DNA of 64,000 bases, from contig MCFE01000331.1 of assembly GCA_002104905.1 (NCBI GenBank), forward strand, positions 1 through 64,000, given 5' to 3'. The notes beneath the pieces are model-generated. The model had not been told where the DNA came from. It did not search any database and saw only the letters and a list, made by a program, of their open reading frames with translations. Positions 37,470 through 49,937 of this stretch are shown here, piece by piece. The translations under genes were made by a program, and so were the position numbers. Each line of letters opens with the position of its first letter. Position 1 is the stretch's first letter. This stretch comes from Basidiobolus meristosporus CBS 931.73. Taxonomy: Eukaryota > Fungi > Basidiobolomycota.

Positions 37470-39950
37470 ATATCAGGTCCCATAACTAGGAGGTATTGAT
37501 CCCATCAGGACACCATGCAAAGACCAATAAAAAATAATTGCACCCCAGATATCACAAAAAACTTGGTCAAAATTTTTCATGAAGACAATACAAAAGTGGC
37601 TTTTGATTGGTTCTCTTCCAATTTTCTCACTTTCTGATCCTGAACACTCTATCACCTCCTATATTTGTGTGCATTAATTGGCTATTGCCCCTTTATCACA
37701 CTCCTTACAACCCAACTCTACCGTTCCTCTTAATCTTCATGCATACAAATTGATTTATTTCCGTTGAACTTCAATTGTACCTCAATTGCCAAATGTATAG
37801 ACCTATATAAGTCCCTATATCATACACTAACATTAAGCCCAACCCCACACTCAACAAGTAACTCAGTTGATATCCACCACACAATAAGTATTACTTCTGT
37901 AATGCTTTTTTTCCATGACTTTCAAGCCCTATGGCTTTATGCCACTGTTCATTCACTGGTTCCCATATATCCTGGTTTTCAGCCTGCACTACAAGTTCTA
38001 GCTACTCATCTACCAATCTTTACAATAAATCCTTGCAATATTCAAGTGCTTTTTCTTGCGCACTGCTCTTGAAGAAGTGCTGCAACCTCTTGGTGTGCCT
38101 GTTAATGTTCCAAAATTCCACTAAAGGCATCGTGACAACCCTTTGGGTTCTGATGTTGTTACTTTGTCTGTCAGTAGGATCTCCACTCTGTCAACAATGG
38201 AGAATGTGAAGGCTGTGGTAGACAAATTGCCTATTGCTACAAACTCATCTACCTCACTGGAGTGCAACTCAACTGGCTGAGCTTCCAACTCTTGTTGAAA
38301 CAGCTGTTTTCTTGTTGATGATTCTTCTTGGCTATGATGGGATTCAGTCTGTTCTGGGCTTACAGCATTAATTGACAAAAACTGCAGCTTTTTTCTCACA
38401 CTTCCCTGTGTCCAGCTTGGATAGACTTTTTCCCTTTACCTTTTCCTTGATCACTGCCTGGTCTTTTACTGTTATTTAGACTGAGTACTTCTCAAGTGGA
38501 ATTACCCTTTTTCCTTGGTAAACTTTGTGCTGGTGCATCAGTGTCTGCCTGCTTTTTCCTTATTGGCACTCTTCCAGCTACCTGATGTCCCATTGATGCT
38601 TATTTGGAGCTTTTGGCCCTGCTTGTAATGGGCTCTTGAGGATGCTGCTGGTTTTTTGCCATTGCACCCTTGTTCTTCTGCCTTTGATAGTTTCTGCTAT
38701 TTCTGAGATACTTTCTTGGCATACCAGTGCTGGCCTAAAATCTATTACTTGTTTGAGTCCAGGATAATGCTCATGAAATAAGTCAAGCACATTTGGCTTG
38801 GCCTTGCGTTCTAGATGGTTCCATGATATGCCAGCCTAAAGGTGTTGGCATGCTAGACTTCTAACAGCCTCTTGAATATTATCCCACTCTTCATTATTGC
38901 ACTCAATGGCTACACAGATCTTCAATGTCTTTTGATTTTTATGCTTTGGGATAAACACTACATTATCTCCCTCCCATACTGTGTTAGGTTTTTCTGTGGG
39001 CATTAACTTTGGGCACTGTTGTTGTGCTTCAAAGACTGTATGGTGTTCCTCTGCTGTTACATTGGGAAATGGCACAAATTCTTGGCTGTGACATTGAGAT
39101 ACTTGAGTTCCTTCTTTGCAGCAATGATACTGCTTTCTCCACCTGAGATATTGATTGCTCCACACCTTTTATCTACAGATCCTCTTTCTGGACTATTTCC
39201 TGACTTAATGCTTTGGTATGAGCTGACAACATACTTGCTAATACAGATGGTGAAAATGTTATGACAGCCACTTGCTAGTCTTCCACTGAAGGTACTGCGT
39301 TTGCTACATTCCAATCTGCCTTAGCATTATGATCAGCTTGTGGCTTTGCAGGGATTCCCAATTGCCTATTTGATTGAGTGTCTGAGGTATCTGCATAAGC
39401 ATATTGCAAGATGTTTATGTTACCAGCAATACAAGGTATATAACAGCTTTGCAAGTTTCATACTAAAAAGCTGTAAAGTTGAGGTGATAGAAGTTTGTCA
39501 GTTGCAGCAGGTGTGCATGCTTCTAGAGGTTAGTAAGCAGGAGGCCATAGTATTTTTTGATTTGAACTATATGGTAAATACCCAAGATAGTAGTGGGTAA
39601 GCAAATAAGGAGGGGCAATTTTGCAGTGGAATATATGAATTGGGCAAGGGGAGGTAGAAAAAGTAAATACCATTTGGTAAATTGGTACAGTAGCATTATA
39701 CAGACTAGCTGTGGGCTGTCATACTACTGTGATAATGCCATTAGAGGCTTGCAATGGGCCCATCAAAACACTGTCACATTTTTTGCCTTATCAGGCAAAT
39801 GCATGTACTGGCCAGTTAGATCCACTCATATAGTTGTATAGCACAATAAGACTGCAACAATGCCATGCCACACTTGGTAAAGCACTGTTCAAACACCATT
39901 ATGTTTTTAACTTTATATAACTGTAAAATTAGCCAAGTGTTGTTGTGGTT
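37470..39950 (-). repeat. Repeat family X, longest copy, long decayed ORF
   Basis: Collinear with 49980-51950; translated pieces KTLKICVAIECNNEEWDNIQEAV, VLDLFHEHYPGLKQ, WEPVNEQWHKA. Confidence 0.7.
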
Positions 39951-40024
39951 CCATCATAAGATTGTTTTAATGGTCATTAATTCCAAGTTGCTGGTACCAT
40001 TGTGGTCTCTTGACAGGATCTTTA

Positions 40025-40372
40025 TGTTGTAAAGATTTGTAATTCCACTTAAGTATTCACCTAACTGAGTTGCTTAGATCATTACTTTCAAACCCTAGGG
40101 AATACTAACCAAATTCCTTGTTGCAATTTACCTAGAATATTTTCACCAAACATCAGGTATCCAGAACATGAAAACTTGCAGAGTTGTCCAATCAGCCCTA
40201 AAACTTTGCATACATGTCATTGGGACCTTCCTTAGCCTATTCTGCATGTTTGTAATGCCAAGACCATGTAAAAGTATAAGCACTAAATTGACAATAATAA
40301 ATCACTAAGTGAAAACCACATAATCTGCTATTTCTCCAAATCACTTCCAATATCTCCAAGACTCTTACAACA
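40025..40372 (+). mobile_element. Solo Copia LTR
   Basis: 348 bp TGTTGT...TTACAACA; flanks CTTTA/CTTAA (5-bp TSD, one mismatch). Confidence 0.88.
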
Positions 40373-40649
40373 CTTAATGGCTGATCTGGTTTGGATACAC
40401 CTGCTGGACCAAATTATTTTTCTTAAGGTAATGCAAGATTGGGATGGACATAGCATACAACATATTCTGATGAGGACAGTTTTCCCAAAGTATATTGGGT
40501 TTCCCCTGGTTAAAATACAGTTGTGCCCCTTTCTATACAGAGTTCCTAAAGATAAGACCCAGTGTACACCAACAAGGAATAATAGAATCCAGCAGGGAAA
40601 AGAAATATATTGTCAAAATACCAATAAGCTTATATAGGATATTAACAAG

Positions 40650-41230
40650 GTCCCCACTGCAAAAGTGGCAGTAACCAACTATGTGCTTGCAGGATATATA
40701 TGTTGCCAGCAATACAAGGTAAATGTCAACTCCATAAGTATTGCACTGAAAGCCATAAAGTTGAGCTGATAACAGTGTGTCTATTGCAGTGGGTGTGTGC
40801 ATATGTAGAGGTTACTAAGCAGGAAGCTATGGATTTTTGACTCAAACCATGTGTGAGATACTCATGGTAATAGTGGGCTAGCATAGCATGTGGGGTGATA
40901 CTTCAGTGGAATATAAGAATAACACACAGAGATACACAAAAAGCCAACACCAGCTGGTAAGTTGGCATGAGAGGATTATGCAGGACTAGCTGTAGGCCAC
41001 TAATAGGATTATAAAGGACTAGCAATAGGCCAATATACCCACATTGTAGTACCAACAGAGGTCCTACAGGAGGCCATCAAAATACCAACAAGTTTTCTGC
41101 CATGTAAGGCAACTAGTTATATTTGTCAGTTAGGTCCACTCAGTTAAATGTAGGGGACATTATAACTATCAAGATGCAAAGCAATTCTTGCCAAAAGAAT
41201 GTTAAAATACTGCCATGTTTTTAACTTTCT
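40650..41230 (-). repeat. Duplicate of the upstream part of family X
   Basis: Similar to 39400-39930 (gccagcaatacaaggt..., agaggttactaagcaggaag..., ccatgtttttaacttt). Confidence 0.55.
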
Positions 41231-42083
41231 TTGGCAATAAACCCAGCAAAATGCTACCACAATCCTGCTATAAGATCCTGCAGAGGGTCAATAGTTGCAA
41301 GCTGCCAGCATTATGACCTCATCACTACAGGATCCCAATGGCTAATCTTGATTGACTCCACTTGTAAGACCAAATTATTTTCACAGAGCAAAGTTGTCCT
41401 TTCAGTGAAAGCTCAGAGATCACTTCCTGCAATACTGCTGGCCAAGAAAATTAATCTTACCACAGAAGGAGCCTCACCAATCAGAGAGCTTCTTTTAAGT
41501 CAATCACATAAGCAAGATAGCTCAGACCTACTTAAACACAATATGAAGAGCCCTGAGATTTAGCAGCTGACATAGCAACTAGAGACACTTTTCTTGCTTC
41601 TGGTCAGCAGAGCCCATGGGTAGCAAGCAGTAGTGAAAGAAGGCAAATATACAGGCTAATTGTGAAAGTCTACCAATCATTCCAAGAGAAGCTGCCAGGC
41701 TCTTTAGTCATTACTATCTGCAGGTAAGGAGCAATATAACTCCAAGAGATATCTAACCAGCTGTCATAGAGGCAAATTAGCAGCAGCAGTTGGCCAAGGT
41801 AGAATGAGTAAGCACTACAAGCAAATTACCTACAATACAAGAAAGGTACACCTGCATGAAGAAGGAGATCCAACTACCTTGATCCAGCTTAAGTCCTGAA
41901 CATTGACTATGAGAGTTCCACAGTGGCCCAAGACCATAGAGCTGCAACATATGCATCCCAGAGATGCCATCTTGAGAAAATGTCTAATCCAGGTCCATCA
42001 CCAAAAGTACCAGAACTTGAGTCAGATGTCATAATTGCAAAGAGAGCTTCACCCCATCAAGCTTGCAAAAGTCTGCCAAGACC

Positions 42084-43333
42084 TGTTGTAAAAGCCTGTA
42101 TTTCCACCTAAATATTCACCTAGCTTAGTCACTTAGATCATTACCTTCATATCCTAGAGAATACTAACCAAATTCCTTTTCAGGATTTACTTAGAATATT
42201 TTCACCAAAATGCCAGGTACCCAGAACATGAGAATTCTCAAAGTTGTCCAAACAGCCCCAAACTTTGCACACATGCTCTTAGGACCTTCCTTATTGTATT
42301 CTACATGCTTGTTATGCCAAGACCATGTAAAAGTATATATTACTACTTTTACATTAAATAGAGCATTCAGTGAAAACCACATATTCTACTTGATCTCCCA
42401 ATCACTTCCAATATCTTCAAGACTCTTACAACAGGTTATGAGCCCCAAGCTGTCACTCTGTGCAATGTCTACTACTGCTATTACTGGAATTTTTCCCTCT
42501 GCTGAAAAGTTGGATGGATCTAACTACCAGGTGTTGAAGGTGAAGATGAAGATGCTGCTACAAGAAAGAGGCCTTTAGGATATTATCATGGGAGAAGAAT
42601 GCCCACCTAAATACATGGGAGAGGAAGCCTTAAAGTACCAGAAGAAAGAACAAAGTGCCTTTAACTGCATTTGCCTTAGTGTTAAGGACAAATTGTTAAT
42701 TCAATGCTCAAGAGCAAAAACGGCAAAGAATGCCTGGAAGGCCTTAGAAGACACCTACCAGTCATGTTCAGCTGCTAAGAAAGTGTATCTGAGACAAGAG
42801 TTCTTTACTACAAAGATGCTGCCAGGTGAAGAAATGAAACATCTAATTAACAGTATTACCCTGCTGGTAGATGAAATGGAATCTGTGGGCGTACCAACTA
42901 ATGATTAGGATGTGATAGTTGCCATTCTGAATAGCTTGACAGACAGGTCTCAGGGCCTTGTATCAGCCCTAGAGTCCAGAACTGAAGATTTGACCTTAAA
43001 TTACATATATGGAAGGCTCCTGGATGAAGAATCAAGAAAATTAAGCGCCAATAAGAAGGAAGAAGAAAATGCTTTAATAAGCAATGAAAACCAACAAAGG
43101 AGGTACTCCAGACCCTACAAAGGCAGCAGCAACCTGTTTTGTCACTACTGCAAAAGGAAAGGACACACATCAGACCAGTGTCTCAAAAAGAAATATAATC
43201 TGCAAAAGAAGTCTGTATATGGAAATGCTGCAACAACTGAAGATAGACTATTCACATCTGCACTAAATATGACTACAAGCAAGGATTCTCTGACGTGGTA
43301 TATTGACTCTGGAGGTTCTCAACACTTTACACA
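42084..43333 (+). mobile_element. Copia 5' end: LTR 42084-42433, PBS GGTTATGAGCCC 42434-42445, gag and protease start
   Basis: TG...CA LTR; gag NYQVLKVKMKMLLQE, AKTAKNAWKALED, CHYCKRKGHTSDQC; protease WYIDSGGSQHFT. Confidence 0.92.
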
Positions 43334-44200
43334 CATCCATTGTGCCCAAAAATGCCTGTTATCTTGCTGACAGCTGGTGTATCTCCAATAATAATATGCA
43401 CTTGGATATGAAGGCCATTTAAGTAATCTTGCTAGAAAACATACAAAACTTGTCCACCAATAGCAACAGGTAGCTATCCAGGCTGGATGGTGAATTAGGC
43501 CCATATACCAGTGAGACTGCCATCAGATTTCTGCTATGATACTGTACAATTGGTAGCAGTTTCAGGTTGTAGAGAATTTGTGGCCAGCAGGATTTGCTGG
43601 TAGTGTACTTGTTTAATGAGAATTCATCAAGTCCAAAGCAGAGGCATGGTCATACATACCTTCAAATTAGCCTTTGTTTCTATCTGCTTATTATAATTGC
43701 CAGCAAACATATTGGATATATTAGCACTTGATTGATACTGAGTGCAGTACTTTACAGCTTCATAATATTTGTTGTACTGCATTAGCTGCTTTGGATGGAG
43801 TATTACTGGAATATATCTGCAGTGTGAAAAATGTTTTCCCCAACAGTGGTAAATTCCTGATAAGTTGGACACCTTGCCATGGTGGAATTTTCTGATTTGA
43901 GCACTACGCAGCTGTTAACACATACTGGTAACATGGTGGTCTCTGGGTCATATATTGCAAGCCATGTGACAATTGTCCATTTATACTATAAATATGGCAA
44001 GTTGCATCCCTGGATGATTTTGTTAAGATGTAGTATTAAATCCTTAAAGCCCATGTTACTGATATTAGAAGAAATGTGCAAGTTCTTTAGCCACAATATT
44101 GTATCATTCACCAGTAGATGAAATACAGGGCTCACTTGACTCAATAAAGTATCATTGGATTTTTTTCCACAGATGTTGTCTCATTGCATAATTGAATTTT
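43334..44200 (-). mobile_element. CACTA/EnSpm transposase pseudogene (N-terminal Cys region + tnp2 core)
   Basis: LPVCVNSCV...RCP; FGLDEFSLNK..SCWPQILYNL..GPNSPSSLDSYL..IGDTPAVSKITGIFGHNG. Confidence 0.8.
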
Positions 44201-44655
44201 GACAGGCTCATGCAGGGTGCTGTTGTTAGGAAAGATAGGCACACAATCCATTAGTGAGCCTGCTACCTCAGAGCTATCACTCTGAGTACCATATTCAGAA
44301 GGCTGTGGTGATCCTAAGTGGATGGCAAACACACCTGACTCAGCTTGTGCCAGGTGACAAGTACAGCCAGGTGCTGTTATAGAAGTATTAAGTGGCCAGT
44401 AAGAAATTGCTGATACAGTACTATCAAATCTTCAGATTCAGCCAATTTACCTCTGCAATGAACCCTCTTGTACCCAATCTTAGAAAAACAAAATGCCAAC
44501 CACTATAGCTTAGGTAACATCATGCTTTTATATAATCTTCCCAAATCCCATCCACAAATTAGTACTCTCAGGGCTATGGTGAGCTATTTAGCCACCAAAT
44601 CTGGCCAGCTTGAAGATATTTACAATCATGAAGCTCCTTGACCCTTGCTTGCACC

Positions 44656-46051
44656 ATGTCAGAATTAGATTCCAAAATTACACGCCTTAAAAAAATTTTA
44701 TTATAACCATCATAGATCTGGGTTAGTTGAATCCAATCTGAAAAACAGTTTTGCTGTATTTGAAGTTATTGCCAAAGAATTGTATCCTGATAACATTTTG
44801 TATGACCTGATCTGCAAATTCCTTGCCAGCAATTTAGTATTTACAAATGCCCACACCAAAGGTGTGTGGTAACTTGAAAATGGCCTCTGGGAACTCTGCA
44901 AATCTGGCAGCAACCTCTGGACTTTTATATCCCAAAATTTCCCTAAACATGTAGAACTTGAGTTTGCCAACAGTAGGTGAACCCCTGAACAAACTACATA
45001 TCTAAGCAAACTACATTTTAAAATAGGTTCTTGGAATTGTAAAAAATGTATTTTCAACAATGTAAGATATAAACCTTTTGACAGTACATTTGTCAACAAG
45101 CTTAATTCCAAATCTTGTATTTTTTCTCTGCAAAATGGTGTTTACAATCTCATCAAAAATACCATTTGTGATGTCATTCCTGCCAATTATGTCTCCGTCC
45201 AGGCTTTAATCAATTGGTTTTCTCCCATCCCTCAACAAAATATATCTTGACCTATGGGCAATTAGGAGAAAAATTTTCCCAAACCATATTTATTAAATTT
45301 TCTCATCATGACTTGTGCATCTTTCTTGAAAGGTTATAATTCCAACAAAATCTTCTACATCCGGAGGGGAAAGGGTAAAAATGCAAAAACTGCCATCCAG
45401 ACATTGCTTGCAGAGACATTTGGGAATTACTGTGCTACTCTGCCAACTACCTTAATCACCTGCAGCAGTGGCTTGTCATCTAATGCCACACCTGACATGT
45501 GCCACTGAGAAGGTAAACCTGTAATGTTCTTACAAGAACCAAAGTCAGAAGAGAAAGTTAAGGGCAGTATTGTTGAAGAATTAACTGCTAACAACATAAT
45601 ATACATCGGAGAACTTTACAAAAAACCTTGCTCTATAAAATTTAAAGGTAAGATGCTTCTTGTAACTAATAATATTTTGGATATTCCAGACATGGATGCA
45701 GCACTTAAATGTTGTACCATTATTGTTCCTTTCTTAAATACCTTCATGCCACAACAAGAGTGTGATTCTGCTGAGCAGAAGAAATATACCTATTTTGTTG
45801 AACCAGATGCCAACAAAATATTAGACCACTTATGTGACAAATTCATGTTGTTATTATTGTGTGAATATCCTAAATATGTTAAGTATGGCCTTTGGAAACC
45901 ACAAATTATTTCTGATACTATGGATACCTATTTGGTTGCTCACAACTATCTAGTTGTATTTCAACGTAAATATTTCAAGAATAGCACTGGTACTAATATG
46001 GAGGTATTTGAATGGTCAAATATGACTTGTGTGGCAAAACACTGGCAGTGA
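44656..46051 (+). pseudogene. D5-like primase-helicase pseudogene (D5_N + SF3 helicase), Nucleocytoviricota-like
   Basis: FVNKLNSKSCIFSLQNGVYNL (D5_N); GKGKNAKT (Walker A), FLQEP (Walker B), EELTANNIIYIGELY (motif B'), MLLVTN (motif C); in-frame stops at ~44870, ~44970 and 45506, plus a frameshift at ~45245. Confidence 0.8.
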
Positions 46052-46712
46052 TCCTTGTAATACTTCCTATGCTCTCTATGTGCTTCATGGCTGAGAGGCA
46101 TGCTACAATAGCCACATGGTCTTTTTGCTCTTCTCTTATGGTGCTGAATCAGAGTAGTCTTCTCCATGGGGCAAACAGTATGACACTCAGCAACATAACA
46201 CAATCATATCACTTTTTTGTGAATACTCATCTGCATTTGAGACAGTCATGTATTTGAGACAATACACCTATATGAAAGGAAGAATCAGTGACAAACTGTC
46301 ATAGTAAACATTAAAGATAAAGATCAGGCCCCACATGCACACATATATGCAACACCATTTCCCCATTGATTGGACTCACTTTGACATATATACTGCCAAC
46401 AAGTAAAGCAAAGTTGTCTGGTTCCCAACCAAACCCCACCACTGACAGCAGCAGAAGAATGGCTGGACAACAGCTTGCTTTGACTTTCAGTGCAATAAGT
46501 GGGGCTTCAATCAAAAAAAGCCCTGTGGACAGTAGACTTGTTCTGTTGGACAGTGCCACATTGTGCCAGCCTGTTTATAGTGCCGGATCAATCAGGCACT
46601 ATCTGACACTATAATTTCTACCATAATGCCAGCAGTAGGTCATAGTTACTGGTAATTTTACTCAATCTTACTTATGTTGCCCAGAGTAGTGCTTTCCTAG
46701 CTTTACTTATGC

Positions 46713-47591
46713 TTAATAATGCTCCAGACACATTTCTCTCAGTAGATGTCTGGTTGTATAAATATACTATGGATTGATAAGTATCTTAACTATTTTACCT
46801 ATTCTGCTGTTTTCTCCTCTATATTACTTTCCTCTGTATTTACCTGCCAATATGCTGTATCACTTTGGATATCCAAATGTATGCTCTACCCTCACTCTGA
46901 AATGATTAAATATCTCATTGTAGGGCTTCTGCTTCCTGCTAAGCACACCATTCCTTGGCTTCCTATAAGCTGTAATACATCCTAATCTCTGACAGTCCTC
47001 TCCTATATAAGCTAAGTCTGCCATACATTTCTCCCCTCTACAGAATTCTGGATGATTCTCTACCCAGGGTGCTTTGTCATGCCTACTTCCAGCAAATGGC
47101 CCACTAAACCAGATGATGTTAACCTCAATGTCAGACAGTGTGTGAAGCTTCACACAGTGTGCCTTGCACTTGCCAGAAGAAAAGTGTGTCTGCCCTCTAG
47201 AAGGTCTGCTAATTCTGATTGGGAAGGGGTCCAAAATACTCCTTATATGGAACCTGTTGCTGAACACTCTGGGATATGGAAGTCTATTGGAGCTTCCAAA
47301 CCTAGTACTCCAAGCTTGCTCTAAGTCATTCATATGCTCTGCAAGGTGGTTCTCCATTGCTGTCAGCTGGGAATGAAAGTTTCTAGGACCTTTGTAGCCA
47401 TGGATGGTGGGATGAAACCTTGTAGGGCAATAGTTTTTGTAATAGCAGAGAAGCTTAACAAGGGATCTCCTTGAATAGATTGGGGTAGATGGACCATAGT
47501 ACTGGGTATAGATCTTCTCTAGTGTGTCAAAAGGAGACCCAGCAGTTGTGATGGGATTGATGAGAAAAGACCATTCAGATGAGAAAGTCAT
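46713..47591 (-). pseudogene. DDE_Tnp_4-type transposase, copy 1, premature TGA at 46860-46862
   Basis: Collinear with 55646-56530; TGA where copy 2 has an Arg codon. Confidence 0.88.
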
Positions 47592-48042
47592 ATTAAAATT
47601 AGTGGAGGATTAGGCTGAGGTGATTTAAATTGATTTGACACAATCAGTATTATTTATTGATTTTCCATGCATTATGATTAACTCTCCATCAATTGCCATG
47701 TATCCCATCATTATGTTGCAAAAAGCATCCTCAAACAATGAGAGGGTACTTTTATTGATGTTTTACTCAAAAGTCTATAATCAAATAGGAAATCTGCAAT
47801 TCATGTGATCTGATCCGTGTTAATGCAGTCCAAGATGCATCATGCATAATATATGGAAAATTGAACAATCACATTAGTTTTCATATATACTTCATATAAG
47901 ACCAGGTTGATGCCATTACACAACTGTATACGTATCCAAATCTGTCACTATGGTCCCTATACCAAGTCTCAGCTCATCTTTAGTTCAATCAAGACAAAAT
48001 CCATCCCCCACCTCACAAGCGTGGTCCAGACAAGAAAAAGCA

Positions 48043-49250
48043 ATGTTGGATCTGCTTGAGTTGTTGCCAAATGGTTGCAGTTTGGCCCAAGTCTCTATGG
48101 AAAGCCTTCATACAGATATTTGGGCGCTACTCATTAATCCAGCAGAACTAGATACCTTGGAGAGTTGACAGAGATGGAAGAACCTGAGTAGAAAGCTGTG
48201 GCGTGAGTTCTACATCAAGATGCCAGCAGATGTATATAAGAAGATATATAACAAGACAAGTATTGAAATCAAGGATGAGCTCAGAGTGAGTGGATTTGAT
48301 GAGGAAGCTGTGTGGGAGATTTTGCATGCAATTTGCCCAGTACAGGCCGGACATATCTGTTTGTGCCTCAACTTTGGGAACCAAAGAGATTTTGAATGAG
48401 TTTTTGCCTCAAATGACTAATATATTACATGATGTATTAGTAGAGCTAAGTGGCTTCCAAGATCAATATACACAGGACCCATCCAGGCAATAGTTCAAAG
48501 TACTAGACAGAGGGTAAGTGAATACCTTGAGGAATCAGAAGGTGAGCTTCAAGAGGAAGAATACTGACTGCAAGCAACATTGTACAGATTGCGCCAGCAC
48601 ACCTTGCTGGATTCCTTACCATCCCTTACAACTTCAGCGCACTGGTGCACATCAGTCCAAACTACGCCAACACCCTTCCCAAGAGTGCCCTGCATTGACT
48701 CAATGAGTATTGGGTCAATGTGCACACTTCAGAGCAAAACCACCAGAACCCGCCAAACTGCTCAAAAAGACACTAGTCCATTGGAGCGGCCCAAGTTGCA
48801 TCAACAAGCAGCATCACTTCAAACTCAGCCAAGGGCCATGCCAGCGCATCAAGTTGCATCTGTGTGTGCCATTACACCTGACCATCAGCAAGTTTCTTCT
48901 GGTGAACTGACAGATGATGACCCACATGAAGTGCCTCCACCACCAGAGCCTTTGGCAAGTAAAAGAACGTGGCAGCACGTAGCACTGCAGGCCTGCTCAG
49001 TTGCATCATCCGGAGCAATTCAGCATGGCCAAGCTGCAGCATTGCACTCATTAACTAGGAGGCAAAATACTGACTACAAATACACAAGTATCTAAGAGGA
49101 TAGTCAACAAGAAAGTAGTTTAGGAGTGCAAAGTTAATCACTACCAGATGCTTCAGTAGTAATCCCTGTGAGAAAAAAGCCTAGGAGAAGATTATGCAAT
49201 CAAATTGAACTGCTATTATTTGTAATGATCCAAACAACGCATTTTGTTTG
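48043..49250 (+). pseudogene. Second, divergent ORF of the PHIS element (unknown function), disrupted
   Basis: MLDLLELLP...WREFYIKMPADVYKKIYNK...EILNEFLPQMTNILHD...RKKPRRR; collinear with 52690-53948; stops and frameshifts differ between copies. Confidence 0.65.
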
Positions 49251-49937
49251 CAACCTGCATCAAGCCATTGCAAATCAGTGATCACTAAATTTTTGATATA
49301 AGCCATATCATGGTTGTCTCACATTTGGGACAGGACCCCTATAAATAAACACCCTGCATATGTATACATCATCTGTGGCACCAGTGCAGCCATTTGATCT
49401 GATTTGCACTCATACAATTGATTGCGTGCTAGCTATGACACCTTATCCAATCACTAGGATCAGGGATTTACTTGCTCAATGGGCAAAATGGGATATTTGA
49501 TGGCAAATCAGGTAGCTTGTGTATTGATCAAAGAGCCAATTGGGGGCTGACAGCTTCAGGATACTTTTGGACCAATTAACTACTGAGATACCATCCAATT
49601 GGAGTGATAGTAACCAGAATGGTAAGTATCAGTGTAACTTATAGTGCAATATGCATTTGTTTCCATTTACATTAAAGAAACATATCCAAATACTGGATTT
49701 TAGCAACCATAATAGCAGTATCCAATTGCGCATGTGATGCAAATATTACAAGTGGGTGCAATCATTCATGTCAACCTCATTGTGTCAGATTGTGCCATAG
49801 TGTGCAAGATTGTCCCACATGGTGCAAAATCATCCAAGAGCAATCCTGCATTTTGGTAGCTACAATATTGTGCCCAATCATTCTCAGAGACTGCCAATTG
49901 TGCTGTGCACCCTGGCACAGTACAATGAAACTAGTCT

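Larger units (their letters stand above)
46534..49937 (-). mobile_element. Full-length PHIS (Pangu-like) DNA transposon, copy 1
   Basis: Imperfect TIRs AGACTTGTTCTGTTGGACAGTGCCA / AGACTAGTTTCATTGTACTGTGCCA; perfect 3-bp TSD AGT...AGT; DDE transposase on minus, second ORF on plus. Confidence 0.88.
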
